DNA from: Lama glama
Taxonomy: Eukaryota
Length of the DNA stretch: 64,000 nucleotides
NCBI GenBank assembly: GCA_028534125.1
Contig: CM052818.1
Coordinates: 38,814,001-38,878,000, forward strand
Direction: 5' to 3'
The notes beneath the pieces are model-generated. The model saw nothing but the letters and a program-made list of their open reading frames with translations, searched no databases and was not told where the DNA came from. The stretch's first letter is position 1; every line of letters begins with the position of its first letter. Positions 1 to 10,440 of the stretch are shown here, one piece after another. Position numbers and translations under genes: made by a program.

Positions 1-867
1 CTGCCCCACCACCTCCGCTGAGTCAGACGGCAGACCCAGGATGGCATTCTCTCTGCCTGTCTCACAGATTCCGTTCCAGAAAGAAATTAGAGCCAATGAG
101 AAGTCCGGCGGGGGCAAGTTCAACTTAAACAACATGAAAAATACAATCCAGAGAGCATTGCCCACCCCCTGCAGGTCTTCCTCTCCTGGTGGGATGTTGG
201 GGGTGGCACATGGGGACCTGTGGCTGCAGGGTTGCCTTGAGGCCAGCCTAGAGGGGACGAGGAGTCCAACTCAGGAAAGATCTGGGAGCTCAGGGAGACG
301 GAGGAGCAGAGCCAGAGGTCCTGCAGCTACTTGGCTCCCAGGAGTCAGGCACCCGCACCCCCCAGCCCTCTGTGCCGACCTCATCCTGGGAGGGACAGCA
401 GGTCTGTGGGAGCGACAGTGAGGTTATGTCGGGAGAAGTTGGTAATAGCCACTCCTTATCAGCCTTGTATAACCCGAGGGCCTTGTTGGGCTATATTTGT
501 TTGAACTCACCCTCTCTGTTGTTTGGAGTAACCACACGTTTCTTGGTGCCAGACTGAGATGGGCTTCTGTGGTTTGCGCCAGCCTTTGGCTGAAGGACAT
601 GCTTAGCAAAGCAGCTCCTTTTTTGGGTAGGAAAATGCTCTTTGGGGTTGACAGGGGCCACCTTTAATTTCCTGCCCACTCCAGGAGCAGATTGACAGGG
701 GTGTGCAGACTGAGGAGCCCTGCGCTCAGCACCATCCCCAGCTCTGCGCTCATGTCTCCTTCCTGAATCCAAGGATTGCTGAGCACTGAAGGGGTCCCAG
801 AGGCTCTTGACCTTCTGCCAGTCTGTTAATGACCGATCTGATGATAGTCAGTGCTGTCACTTCCATC

Positions 868-1280
868 AGGAATAATAACATTTTTTGAGAACTTATTAAA
901 TGCCAGGAACTGATTAGCATTTACACGAATAGACATTTTCTACTCCGCCCTTTTTTTTTTTAAGGTCACTGCTTTCAGGATCCACCGTGGGTCTGGTTTG
1001 GGAACTGGTGCTCTAGAAAGCCGGTACTGGCACCAGGCCCAGTCTGTATGAGGAAGCTGACATTTGGAGTGAAGTGTCTTATCCAGATACATCCAGACAC
1101 AGGTAGTGGAGTCAGGACTTGATGCCACCTCCCTGCCCAGTCCCTTGACTCCAGTCTTCCAGGGAGAGCCCTACGGTTATCCGCCTTTCACAGATGGGCA
1201 AATTGAGGAGAGTGTTGAACGGAGACTTAGCCAGAGCCTTGTGTGTAGTGAAGCCCTACCTTGAAGTCAGAGTTTCCTCT
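868..1280 (-). mobile_element. Degraded MIR SINE fragments
   Basis: Antisense MIR-like segments aataataacattttttgagaacttattaaatgccagg and tttcacagatgggcaaattgagg. Confidence 0.55.
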
Positions 1281-1629
1281 TGGCCTCTGGACACCCAGGT
1301 GGGCCAGTTGACTTCTTTGTACAGTGCTGCCCTTGGGTAAGGACCGTTCTGTTCTTTGCAGGATCCTTACACTTTGCCTGAGTATTTCTCCATCCTGTGC
1401 CTCAGTTCCTCTGCGGATGAGGCATCCCTGTTTTCCCAGCTTCGCGCCACGCCACCCCCATGCGCCCATCTGGGCCTGGCTCTGGCCTTCTTGCAGCAGC
1501 CACGTTTCTAGGCGACAGGCGTCAGCCCTTCCTGCTGTGGCCACGGTGGGGCACTGTTGCTCCACTGTGGGGCTGCTGGAAGGTGGACGCACAAAGCCTG
1601 ACTCTTCTTTGTCTGTTAAACCTGGTTCT

Positions 1630-2420
1630 GATTAGGGAGAGATATGACTACACCACTAGAAAGTGCCTTTTTAACCGAATAGACCTCATCGCCGCCCATC
1701 CCAACACTGCTGCTCTCCTATTTTGGGGATTTTTGTGTATCCCTGTCCTGGTCCAATCCCCATAACTGCAGACAGAGTGCACACGTCTTTTTTTCACTCT
1801 GCTTTTTCACTTAATGTCCTCATGATCACTTTCCCTGTGGAACATAGTTTTCATATTTAACTTTTCTATTTTAGAGACTTCACAGTTCTGAGAAAGACAA
1901 AGTTCTCCCATAATAGTTCTGCCTTCTTCTGGGAAATACTCTGCTGGAAGCATTTTTAATTGTAATGCAAATAATTTACAATTAATAATAGAAAAATTGA
2001 AACCACAGTTGAAAGTCCTTTCGTTGTGAAGGCATCCTCTTTGTATATTCCTGATATATTACTAAAATGGAATCATGTTATGCACGCCATTCCTTAAGTT
2101 GCTTTTTTTTCTAGCTTACATACTGAGTCTTTCCAGATCAATAAATAGACTTCTGTCTTCTTCTGCTAGTCCGTCAGACTGATGCGCTGTAAATGGTACT
2201 GCCAGGCCCCTGCTTGGGGACACTGTGGTGTCTTCCATTGGTTTTTGCTATTCCAGGCAATGAAGAACTTGCTCATGTGTGGAGTGTTTATTCTATTGGG
2301 CTTCTCCCCAGATGCCTACCCCAGAGCAAGGTCCCCAGAGCTCCTGCTGGGGTCTTAGTTGTGCCACTCCAGTGAAGGGGTCTTTTGGGACTTTATTGCC
2401 CTATGTTGGTAAGTTTTTTT
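1630..2420 (-). mobile_element. Old L1 (L1ME-like) 3'-end fragments
   Basis: AT-rich antisense L1 3' motifs such as aaaatggaatcatgttatgcac and ggtttttgctattccaggcaatg. Confidence 0.6.
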
Positions 2421-2694
2421 CTTTTCCAACACTACCCACCCACACGGCCTACTGCCACACCCACCTCTTGCCCCAGTTCCCAGGGAGCCCCCTCTCGGCC
2501 TCAGTTCCCTGAGGACCCTCAGCTTCCCGAGGGACAGGATTGGCCCTGTTGGGACAGGAGTGGGGACTGGATCTCTGCCCCCTCGGCCTCAGCCCACCTC
2601 TCAGGTGGCCTTGGGCTCCTTTGCAGAGGGTCAGGGATCCTGAGTGTGGTTTAAAGCTGCTGAGAAAGCTAGGATGTGTGGTCACCCCAGAGCA

Positions 2695-2845
2695 GGGTTA
2701 GAGACAGAACCTTTCCAGGTTCAAATCCCAACTCTGCCACTTAGCAACTGGGTTATGGAACTTATCAGAGCCTCAGTTTTCCTCTTTGTAATTTAAAGTC
2801 CAAGCCTAGTGGTTGTAAGTATAAAATGAGGTGAAGTACAGGAAA
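2695..2845 (+). mobile_element. MIR SINE
   Basis: ggttcaaatcccaactctgccacttagcaactg...gagcctcagttttcctctttgtaa matches the MIR B-box and core. Confidence 0.8.
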
Positions 2846-4829
2846 TTTCTTTTGTGTGATGTTATTACTCTTTCAGATTTACTTTGCTGTAAAGAAGCCC
2901 TGGGGTATTTAAATAGTTGAAATGGCAAGGTGGCTTTTCCATTCCCTATTGTTGTTATGCAAATATCAGCATAACAGGCCACCTATACATCTGTCAAGCT
3001 TGCAGCAAGCCAGCTCTCTCCCAAGGTGGGAGGGTTGCCTCCTGCAGTCTGTGTCCCTGGAGGACAAGGCTTGCTTGGCTGTCTTTGATGGGATTAAATG
3101 GTAACTTGACTCCTTGGGGGATCGAGTCTTAGGAGGTCATACCTGCCATTCCCCTGTCTCAGGCTGCCCGGGAGCCTTGTGGCAGCGCCCAAGTCAGTGC
3201 ATTCTTGGAATGACAGAGCCTTTAAACTGTAAGCAACTAGAGGTCAAATCCAGTGTCTTTATGGCTACAGTTGAGGAACCTTCCCAAGATCACACAGTAG
3301 GGCACCATCCAGCAGGATTCCTTACTCCCGTTGAGCAGATAAGGAAACACTCCAAGAGTGAAACGACTGGCCCGGGGTCATACACAGGTTCTTCCGCATC
3401 CCCCTACAGTGCTCCTCCCTCGGGAGCAGTCAGAACCTCCCCTGGCCCTTCAGGATATGGTCCTGACTTCCCCTCAGACCCTCCTCCTCTAGCCATGCCT
3501 GCTGGTCCAGCTGTTGGACACCTGAATATGCTGAGCTCCTCCCATCTCAGAGTTTTTGAAGGGCTATTCTCTGCCTGAAGCACAGCTTTCCCGACCCTGC
3601 TCATCCTTCTATCCAGTGCTTCCCTGAATCCCCTGTCCTGGCAAGGCAGGCCCAGGCCCATGGGATGAATGCCTCTCCTCCGTGATTTTGCTTGACTCTT
3701 GTAATCGGGTCACTGTAGAAGTCCGTTGCCTGGTACTGTTGCTGCAAATAACATTGTCCTGGAATGAACTTCACAAGTTCGTTTATTGGCACTCAGAATT
3801 TTCCCTAATTGAGAAAACAAACAAACAAACTGAAATTAAGGTTTGAAAAATGAAAAGTCCTTTATTTTAAAGCAGGAAAGTTGTATGCTTGGAAAGGAGG
3901 TTGATTTCTGTATTTGGTTTAGCATCACCCTGGCTTTGAAGGTAACAGTCGTGTTGTCTGTGAGTCTTGGCATTGAGAGGATCCACCGTTTTCTGTTTAG
4001 TCTAGGAGATGCCTCTGCAGCTCAAGTGCGCTTGGGTCCAGGGCTGTGGGGGGCAGGTATATATGGGAGCATTGACACAAGCCCCCTGGGTGGCCGCAGG
4101 GGAGGATGCTCTTGTGTTAATCACTGTCACTGAGCCCCGTGGAGCAGGGCCGCTTCTTGGCCTGTCAGAGCTGTCAGCTGTGGCATCTGCTGCCTCTCAC
4201 CCAAGTGCGCTCCACGCCTGCCTGCAGAATGTGGCCTGGTCTGGACAGCTGCCTCCTGTCAGGCACACACAGCAGGAGAGCTGATGTGTGTCTAGGCACA
4301 TACGTGTGTAGCGCAGGAGCACGCTTCCACAGGCCTGCACCCATCCAGGGAGCCCCTACCCACTTCACGCCACCTGTGCTGTGTGGGGATCTACACAAGG
4401 TCAGGAGCTGCAGCTTCGTCCATCCTAGACCTCTCTGTCTGATGCTCAGTTGCCCCATCCCTGGTGGCAGGAGTCTAACTGTACCAGCCTTCCCTTGGTA
4501 AAGGGAGAGGTGAGGCATTCTCTATAGCTTCGGTGCAGAGGGTGGGCTGGCAGGTGAGGACAGCACAGCTGGGTAGTGTGTCCTCAGGCAGGCACAGCAG
4601 AGATGGGTGGGGTGTCCTGCAGACGGGTGGGTGGACACGGGTGGAGAGGAGCTGAGAGGGGGATGGAGGGGCACCAGGGCCGTAGCCCCTGGGTCAGCCT
4701 GAGTCCCTGCTCACATGACCAGTGAGCAAGGGGAAGGAATGGGGCTCGGAGTCCATATCTCATCGCACATGTGAAGTGCCTATCCTGTCCTGAGTCGGAG
4801 CCTGGCACCATTCGAAACATGTCCCTTCT

Positions 4830-5285
4830 GCCCCTGAGTCACTTCAGTAGTCCACATTTGTCAGCACTTTGCCAGTTCTCCCAGTCTCCCCCAGTCCAGG
4901 CCCTGATCATTTCTCTGTGGACCAGGAGCAAACCTTCCACGGGGGACCAGGGACCAGGTTCCTGGTCGTGCCCGAGTCACGCCTCCCACATCCCCGCAGA
5001 GACTGAGGGTCTCTGCCCAAGTCAGTCTCCCGTTCTTGCACCCCTCCTGCCCCATGTCACTGTTTACCTCTATGTCACCTTCTCTAGGAAGCCGTCAGGC
5101 TGGGTTGGCTCCTTCCTCTGGGCTCCGGCTGTCATGTAATTACTGCCCTGTGTGGTAGTTACCAGTCTGTGTCTGGGACTCTGCTCGGCTGTGAGCTTCT
5201 GGAGATGATGCCAGGTCTTCCTCATCTCTGCGCCCTCCTCACTCGCACAGGTTCTTGCCCAGGAGATGTGCTCACTGAGCGCCGA
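4830..5285 (+). mobile_element. L2 LINE 3' fragment
   Basis: gtcaccttctctaggaagcc...ctgtgagcttctggag...gtgctcactgag is typical of the L2 3' end. Confidence 0.6.
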
Positions 5286-8066
5286 GTCAGACAAAGTGCT
5301 CAGGGTGAGAGGATGGGCTCCTTACAGGAGAGCCGAGGGGCTAGTGGAGGGATCTTTGGAGGAGGAGCGATGGAGTGGAGGGTCTCTGAGACGATGCTGG
5401 GAGCCCCCCTCTCTTCACCCCCTTTCCCCGCTCCCTGGGGAAGGAGGTAGAAATAAGTCTGGATTAGAGATGTACTGTCACCCTGTCTGTCCGTCTGTTC
5501 GTTCATCTGTCTGTGCATCCCTCTGCCACCCCTCCATCCATCCGTCCTTTCATCTAATATTTATTGAGCATCTACTCGGGACCAGGCACACCACTGAGCC
5601 CCCAGGGACTGAATTTGGGGCCAACCAGGACAGGACCCTCGGGCTTTCGGCCGTCAAAGCTCCGTGTTTCTCTTGTTATTGTCCCCCCTGGAGTCGGCTC
5701 AGGGGAGTCGGGGAGACTGGACGGCCCGGGGGGAGTGGGGTGGGGTTCAGATGGTGTCTGAGCAGCCCCGTGTGCTGTAGGATTGCTTCATTCCAAGTAA
5801 AGACAACAAAAGATTAAAAATGTCTCTGGGGAGAAAAACAAGACCATTCATCCAGTCTGAGGGGAAAACTCACATAGCAGGAAAGTCAGGCCTAATTTGT
5901 GCTCTCCGAACCAGAAGTAGGTGCGAGAAGGGGAATCATTGCAGTCTCTGTGTGGCTTCTCCAGAGATAATTAATCACGTCTGTTCATTCACTTCCTTTG
6001 TTCTTCGGACCTTCCCTTCTCTCTGTGCGTCCTTTGATTTCTGGCCCATGGGAAGCCCCCAGCCCCTGCCCCAGGGGCCCCGTCTGCTGAGGAAGATGTG
6101 AATGTCTTTCCCCACCTGGGGTTTCAGGCCTGCCAGTTTCCAAGCAGGGTGGACCTGTGGGCGGTGAGGCCCAGCCCTAGCCCCCCCACCAACCCTGGGG
6201 GCTACAGCTGGGGGCTCTCTGCCCTTCACTGCTGCAGCGCCTGCCAGACCCAGGAGCAGGGCCAAGCAAAGGGCGGCTGTGATGGGAAATTGAGGGACAG
6301 TGGTGGGGCAAAGCCCTCGGGCCCCAGGCTGGGCCAGTGGCCAGGAGAGTCCACAGAGATGCAAACAGCTCCCAGGGCTGCCATGGAAATCTGGACGCAG
6401 CGGGTCCGGACGCAGCGGGTCTCGACCAGGGCCGTCTCCAGCTGGCCTGTCCTGAGGGCCAGGGCCTCTGTGGTACCCACTTCCCAGGGGCTGTTAGGGC
6501 TGCCCGGGGTCTGCCTGGTCTGTGAAACAAAAGGAAAACATCCCAGGAGAGCAGGACACCCTGACTCCTTAAGGTGCATGAGGAGGCACAGATGTAGTTT
6601 CCGGAGGAGCCCAGGCCCCTTTCAGCTCGCCGAGCACCACAGGCAGGGCCTGGAGGTGGCACCGTGACAGAGGCGTGGCCCCGGTAATCTGCGGCTTGAG
6701 CCTGTCTGTCTGGCTTGTACCTGGGATGGAGGGAGAGCAGGGACTGGGGTGCTGCCGTCGAGTCTCTGGCCCTGCCTGCTGTGTGGCCTTGAGCAGACAC
6801 CCAGCTTCTCTGAACCACTGTTTCCTCGGTCTGCCAACAGAGCTCTTTCCCCAGGGGCCTTGGCCCCGAGCATGGAGGTGCGTTGGTCCTGCTGCCTTCC
6901 AGCAGGTGCGTCCCCACATTTCATAGCTTCTCCCCATCTCCTCTGGGAGCCCGAAATTCTACCAGACATCTAAATCCAGACCGTGGAAATGACTGCCTCT
7001 GGGCACCCTGCCCTGCAACACCCAGGGCCGCCCTGCAACAGTTTTCACCTGCTGTCAGTCTGTGCCATTTTTACCGCAGTATCAGCACAGTTTAACCACA
7101 TAGTAATTGCCAGCTTGAGCTCAGACGGTGACCTTAGTCCAGTGGAACGGTCCCCCGGGCAGACAGTTGCCGGGAAATCCCACTTCCAGTTAAAAGCTTG
7201 TTTTTGTTGTTTGCAGGAATGTTAAAATGGCTAATTTAGGCATCAACACAGGGATTGGATCACCTTGTTAAAATGAAACCAAGTTAATTTATTTACTGGC
7301 AATATAACTTCCAGTGACGTGTCCCTGAAGGTTTACACCATGTAACCCCTACTTGGGTCAGGAAATAAAGCCCCCTCCTGGCGTCCCGCAGCAGTGTCTG
7401 GTCCAAAGCAAGACCTCGGCCAGCCAGTAAATGAGATGTAAAGGGACCCAAGGGGTGCAGAGCTGACTGGGACTCTGAGTGGTCAGAGGGGTTCCCTGAA
7501 GGAGACGGGGTTTGCTCAGTGGGACTGAAGTGTTTTCTGGAATGATGGAGGTTATTCTGCACAAGGAGAGGGGGATGTGTGGGGAGGGAACAAGGGAATG
7601 TTGACCAGGGCTGCCATCTGTTCTGCCCCGGGTCCAGGCCCTGAGCTCTGCAGGCTCACATGCATCCACCCCGTCACTGAGCGGCTGTAGGGTGACTCTC
7701 TGAGCCTGGCCCCAGGGAGCACTGAGGTCGGGTGGCCCCCGCTGCCCCGGAAGGAGGGCACGTTCTCTGACCTGCAGCCACACAGGCAGGTCCAAGTCCT
7801 GCCGGCCCTTCGGGGCTGGGAACGGTCTGTAGTCGGTTGTGTCATCTAGATGCCTGGCAGCTCTTCCCACACGTCCTAACAGCGCCATTCCCCAGGCTCT
7901 CAGGAGCAGTGTCTCACTGCCTCCGTTGTTGAGGCCTTGGAAAGTTCCTCCCTGACACCAGCTCAAGCCTGTCCAATGCCTCTGTGAGTCTGGCCAGGCC
8001 ACCCAGGCCAGCCGGCAGGGCTCTTGTGCGAAGCCCTAACCTCGGGTTCTGTCTGTGATTCTCCAG

Positions 8067-8212
8067 CTCCAAGAAACCCAAGAAACGGCCTGAAGTGGCC
8101 ATGACGCCCAAACCCCCACCCCGGCTCACCATCTTTGATGAGGAGGTGGACCCCGATGAGGGGCTGTTCGGCCCAGTCAGGAAGCCTTGTCCCCAGGGCT
8201 CCGCAGAGGACT
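8067..8212 (+). CDS. HS1BP3: HCLS1-binding protein 3, internal coding exon (third from last)
   Basis: Acceptor ttctccAG ends at 8066 and donor GTAAGT starts at 8213. Length 146 nt (1 + 48 codons + 1). Translates SKKPKKRPEVAMTPKPPPRLTIFDEEVDPDEGLFGPVRKPCPQGSAED, matching the recalled human segment SKKPKKHPKVAVKAKPSPRLTIFDEEVDPDEGLFGP. Confidence 0.95.
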
Positions 8213-8759
8213 GTAAGTAGATCCCCAGGGTGTTCCCTTCACTCTCGGGGTCTTGTGGGTGGCCCGACCAACCTCTGTGAGCGGCTTTGGACCCACCACA
8301 TGCGAGCAGGTTGGAAGTCTTCCCTTCTCTTATTTTGACACGATACAGACTCAGTCAATGGAGATTTTCTCCTGGAGAAATCTAGTCTGGCACCTTGTGT
8401 CCCCACAGCCTGGAACATTCCAGGGCTGTATGTTTAATCACTCCTCGGAAGCAGAGGGCGTTTTTTTTGTTGTTGTTGTTGCTTTGGAAAGTGTGGGTTG
8501 TGACTGATGTAAAAGTACCTTCGTTACACCTGCGGCCAGATGGCCCCAGGTGGAGAGTGGACGCCAGCCTGCCCGCAGCACCCTGGGACTCCGCGTGACT
8601 TGGATTCTAATGAGAGGTTGTGTGTCCCTGGCAGAGACCTCACAGGAGGGTTCTGTGCGGAGTTGGAACAGGAAAGCTGAGCAGCCTTGGGACTTCCACA
8701 CTCGTCCCTGGGTCTGACCTTTCCTCCCTCTCCCAGGTCCCGTCCAGGGGAGGGAACTG

Positions 8760-8880
8760 ATGTCATCCATGAATTTAGCTGGCACTTGGTGAGCACCCAC
8801 TGAGGGCCAAGCTCTGTGCAGGGCCTGAGAACACATGGCTGGTAAGACACAGTCCCAGCCCCAGGCCTCCCACCAGAGAC
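8760..8880 (-). mobile_element. L2 3' fragment
   Basis: cacttggtgagcacccactgagggccaagctctgtgcagggcctgag...taagacacagtcccagccc resembles an antisense L2 tail. Confidence 0.55.
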
Positions 8881-9630
8881 AGGACATCTCCTGACATTTA
8901 CAGGGTAGCCTGGGCCTCAGGTCTGAGCAAAACATCAGTGCCTGTGGGGACACAGGGAAGACTTCCCAGGTTAGGGTCAGCTTGAGGAGCTGTGCTTGAG
9001 CTGGATCCTGGAAGGTCGTCCGAGTTTGCCAGGCCTACTGAAAAAGCATATTCTGGGTGAAGAGGCTGCAGCCACCTTTCACAAAGGGCAGCGTTGAGCA
9101 GTTGAGATGGGGAGAGCGTGGGGAGCAGACTCCGGCTCCTCGAAGGGAGGGGCTGCAGTCCAAGCAGTGTCTGCTCAGCACTGCATCCCAGAGGCGGCAG
9201 CCCTGGGCCGGTGGTTGGCACTCAGTGAGCACTTGTTGGAAGACTGGGGTGCAGCCCTGGGGGCCAAGCTAAGAGATTCAGCTGCCTGGGGTCGTGGGGA
9301 CAGTGAGCTGAAGAGGCTGTTTCTTCCTAAAGTCAGTGGGGAGGCTGCGAGGATCTAAAACCAGAGTGATGCCATCAGCTGTCTCTGGCCCAGCATGGAC
9401 GGCGGGGGCAGGCAGACAGTGTGCCGGGCCCCAGGGAGCTCTTTCCCATCACCCCCACTCGGCCCCTGTCCTGCGGCTCTCGTGCCCTGCCTTGCGGACA
9501 GAAGAGACCAGCTGACTCCCTCTTCCCTGGCTGTGTCAGGAGGTTGGGCCAGACTGTCTCCACCTGCACACCCCAGGCAGCTGAGGACAGGCCAGGACTT
9601 CTGACCGCTCTGCTGCTGCCTTCTCCACAG

Positions 9631-9766
9631 CCCTGAAACTGTTTGACGATCCTGACCTCGGCGGAGCCGTCCCCCTGGGTGACCCCCTACTGCTGCCAGC
9701 TGCCCACGAGCGTGGAGGGTCCACGTCCTGCGCAGACCACAGGGAGGCCTCCAAGGACCTGTTTAG
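9631..9766 (+). CDS. HS1BP3: HCLS1-binding protein 3, penultimate coding exon
   Basis: Acceptor ttctccacAG ends at 9630 and donor GTAC starts at 9767. Length 136 nt (2 + 44 codons + 2), in phase with both neighbours. Translates (S)LKLFDDPDLGGAVPLGDPLLLPAAHERGGSTSCADHREASKDLF(R). Confidence 0.95.
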
Positions 9767-10269
9767 GTACTATCTGTCCCCAGCAATGCTTTGCCAGCTC
9801 TGAGAGTGGCCTGGCCAGAGCCAGGGACCCATCCTGACGTGGGAGGGTTTCACCATCCTTGGGCTCTGAGGGAGGGAGTCCTGGCCCATCAGAGGCAGGA
9901 GCCTGTGGGTGGAAGCCAGTCAGGGGGCAGTGAAGGGGATTTGGTGAAAGGGGGTTGGGGGAGGTGGAAGCAGCTCAGCAGGTTCTAGAAAGAGAGAACT
10001 TCATGCATACAAATAGTTTATATAAAGAGTAATTAAATTCTGTAATTGCAAGAGCAAATATAGCTGGCATAAACAGGTTTGGAAACAAGTAAAACTGACT
10101 CCTGGTAGCATGCAGTCATCTGCAGAGAGCAAAGCTCAGATGTACCGGCAGTGGTCGGTCACTGGCAGGCTTTACAGAGCAGACAGCCAGGCTTAGCCTG
10201 GCACCTGGAGGCTGATCGACAGAACACGTGTAAAGCTGACAACCACAGCGTGCATGCTGCACATCAAAC

Positions 10270-10440
10270 TGTCTGCTGGTTCTCTACACGTTACCTTACT
10301 TAATCCTCACAACAGCCCCCACTCTACTCCCCATGGGTGCTATTATGTCCATTTCATAGAAAATGGAGAGTGAGGGAGGTGACTGGCCCAAGGCCACAGC
10401 TCCCAAGTGACAGGATTGGAGCCCAGGTCAGCCTGCCTGT
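10270..10440 (-). mobile_element. MIR SINE
   Basis: ttaatcctcacaacagccc...tattatgtccatttcatagaaaatggag...gactggcccaaggccacagc is the antisense MIR core. Confidence 0.75.

Noticed and set aside
6098..6969. Stack of overlapping 110-250 aa ORFs on both strands
   Set aside because: Expected in stop-poor GC-rich intron sequence; no splice-consistent homology.
1..8066. Upstream HS1BP3 exons (PX domain and the segment ending near LDPLGIMR)
   Set aside because: No matching translation found; they must lie before the window.
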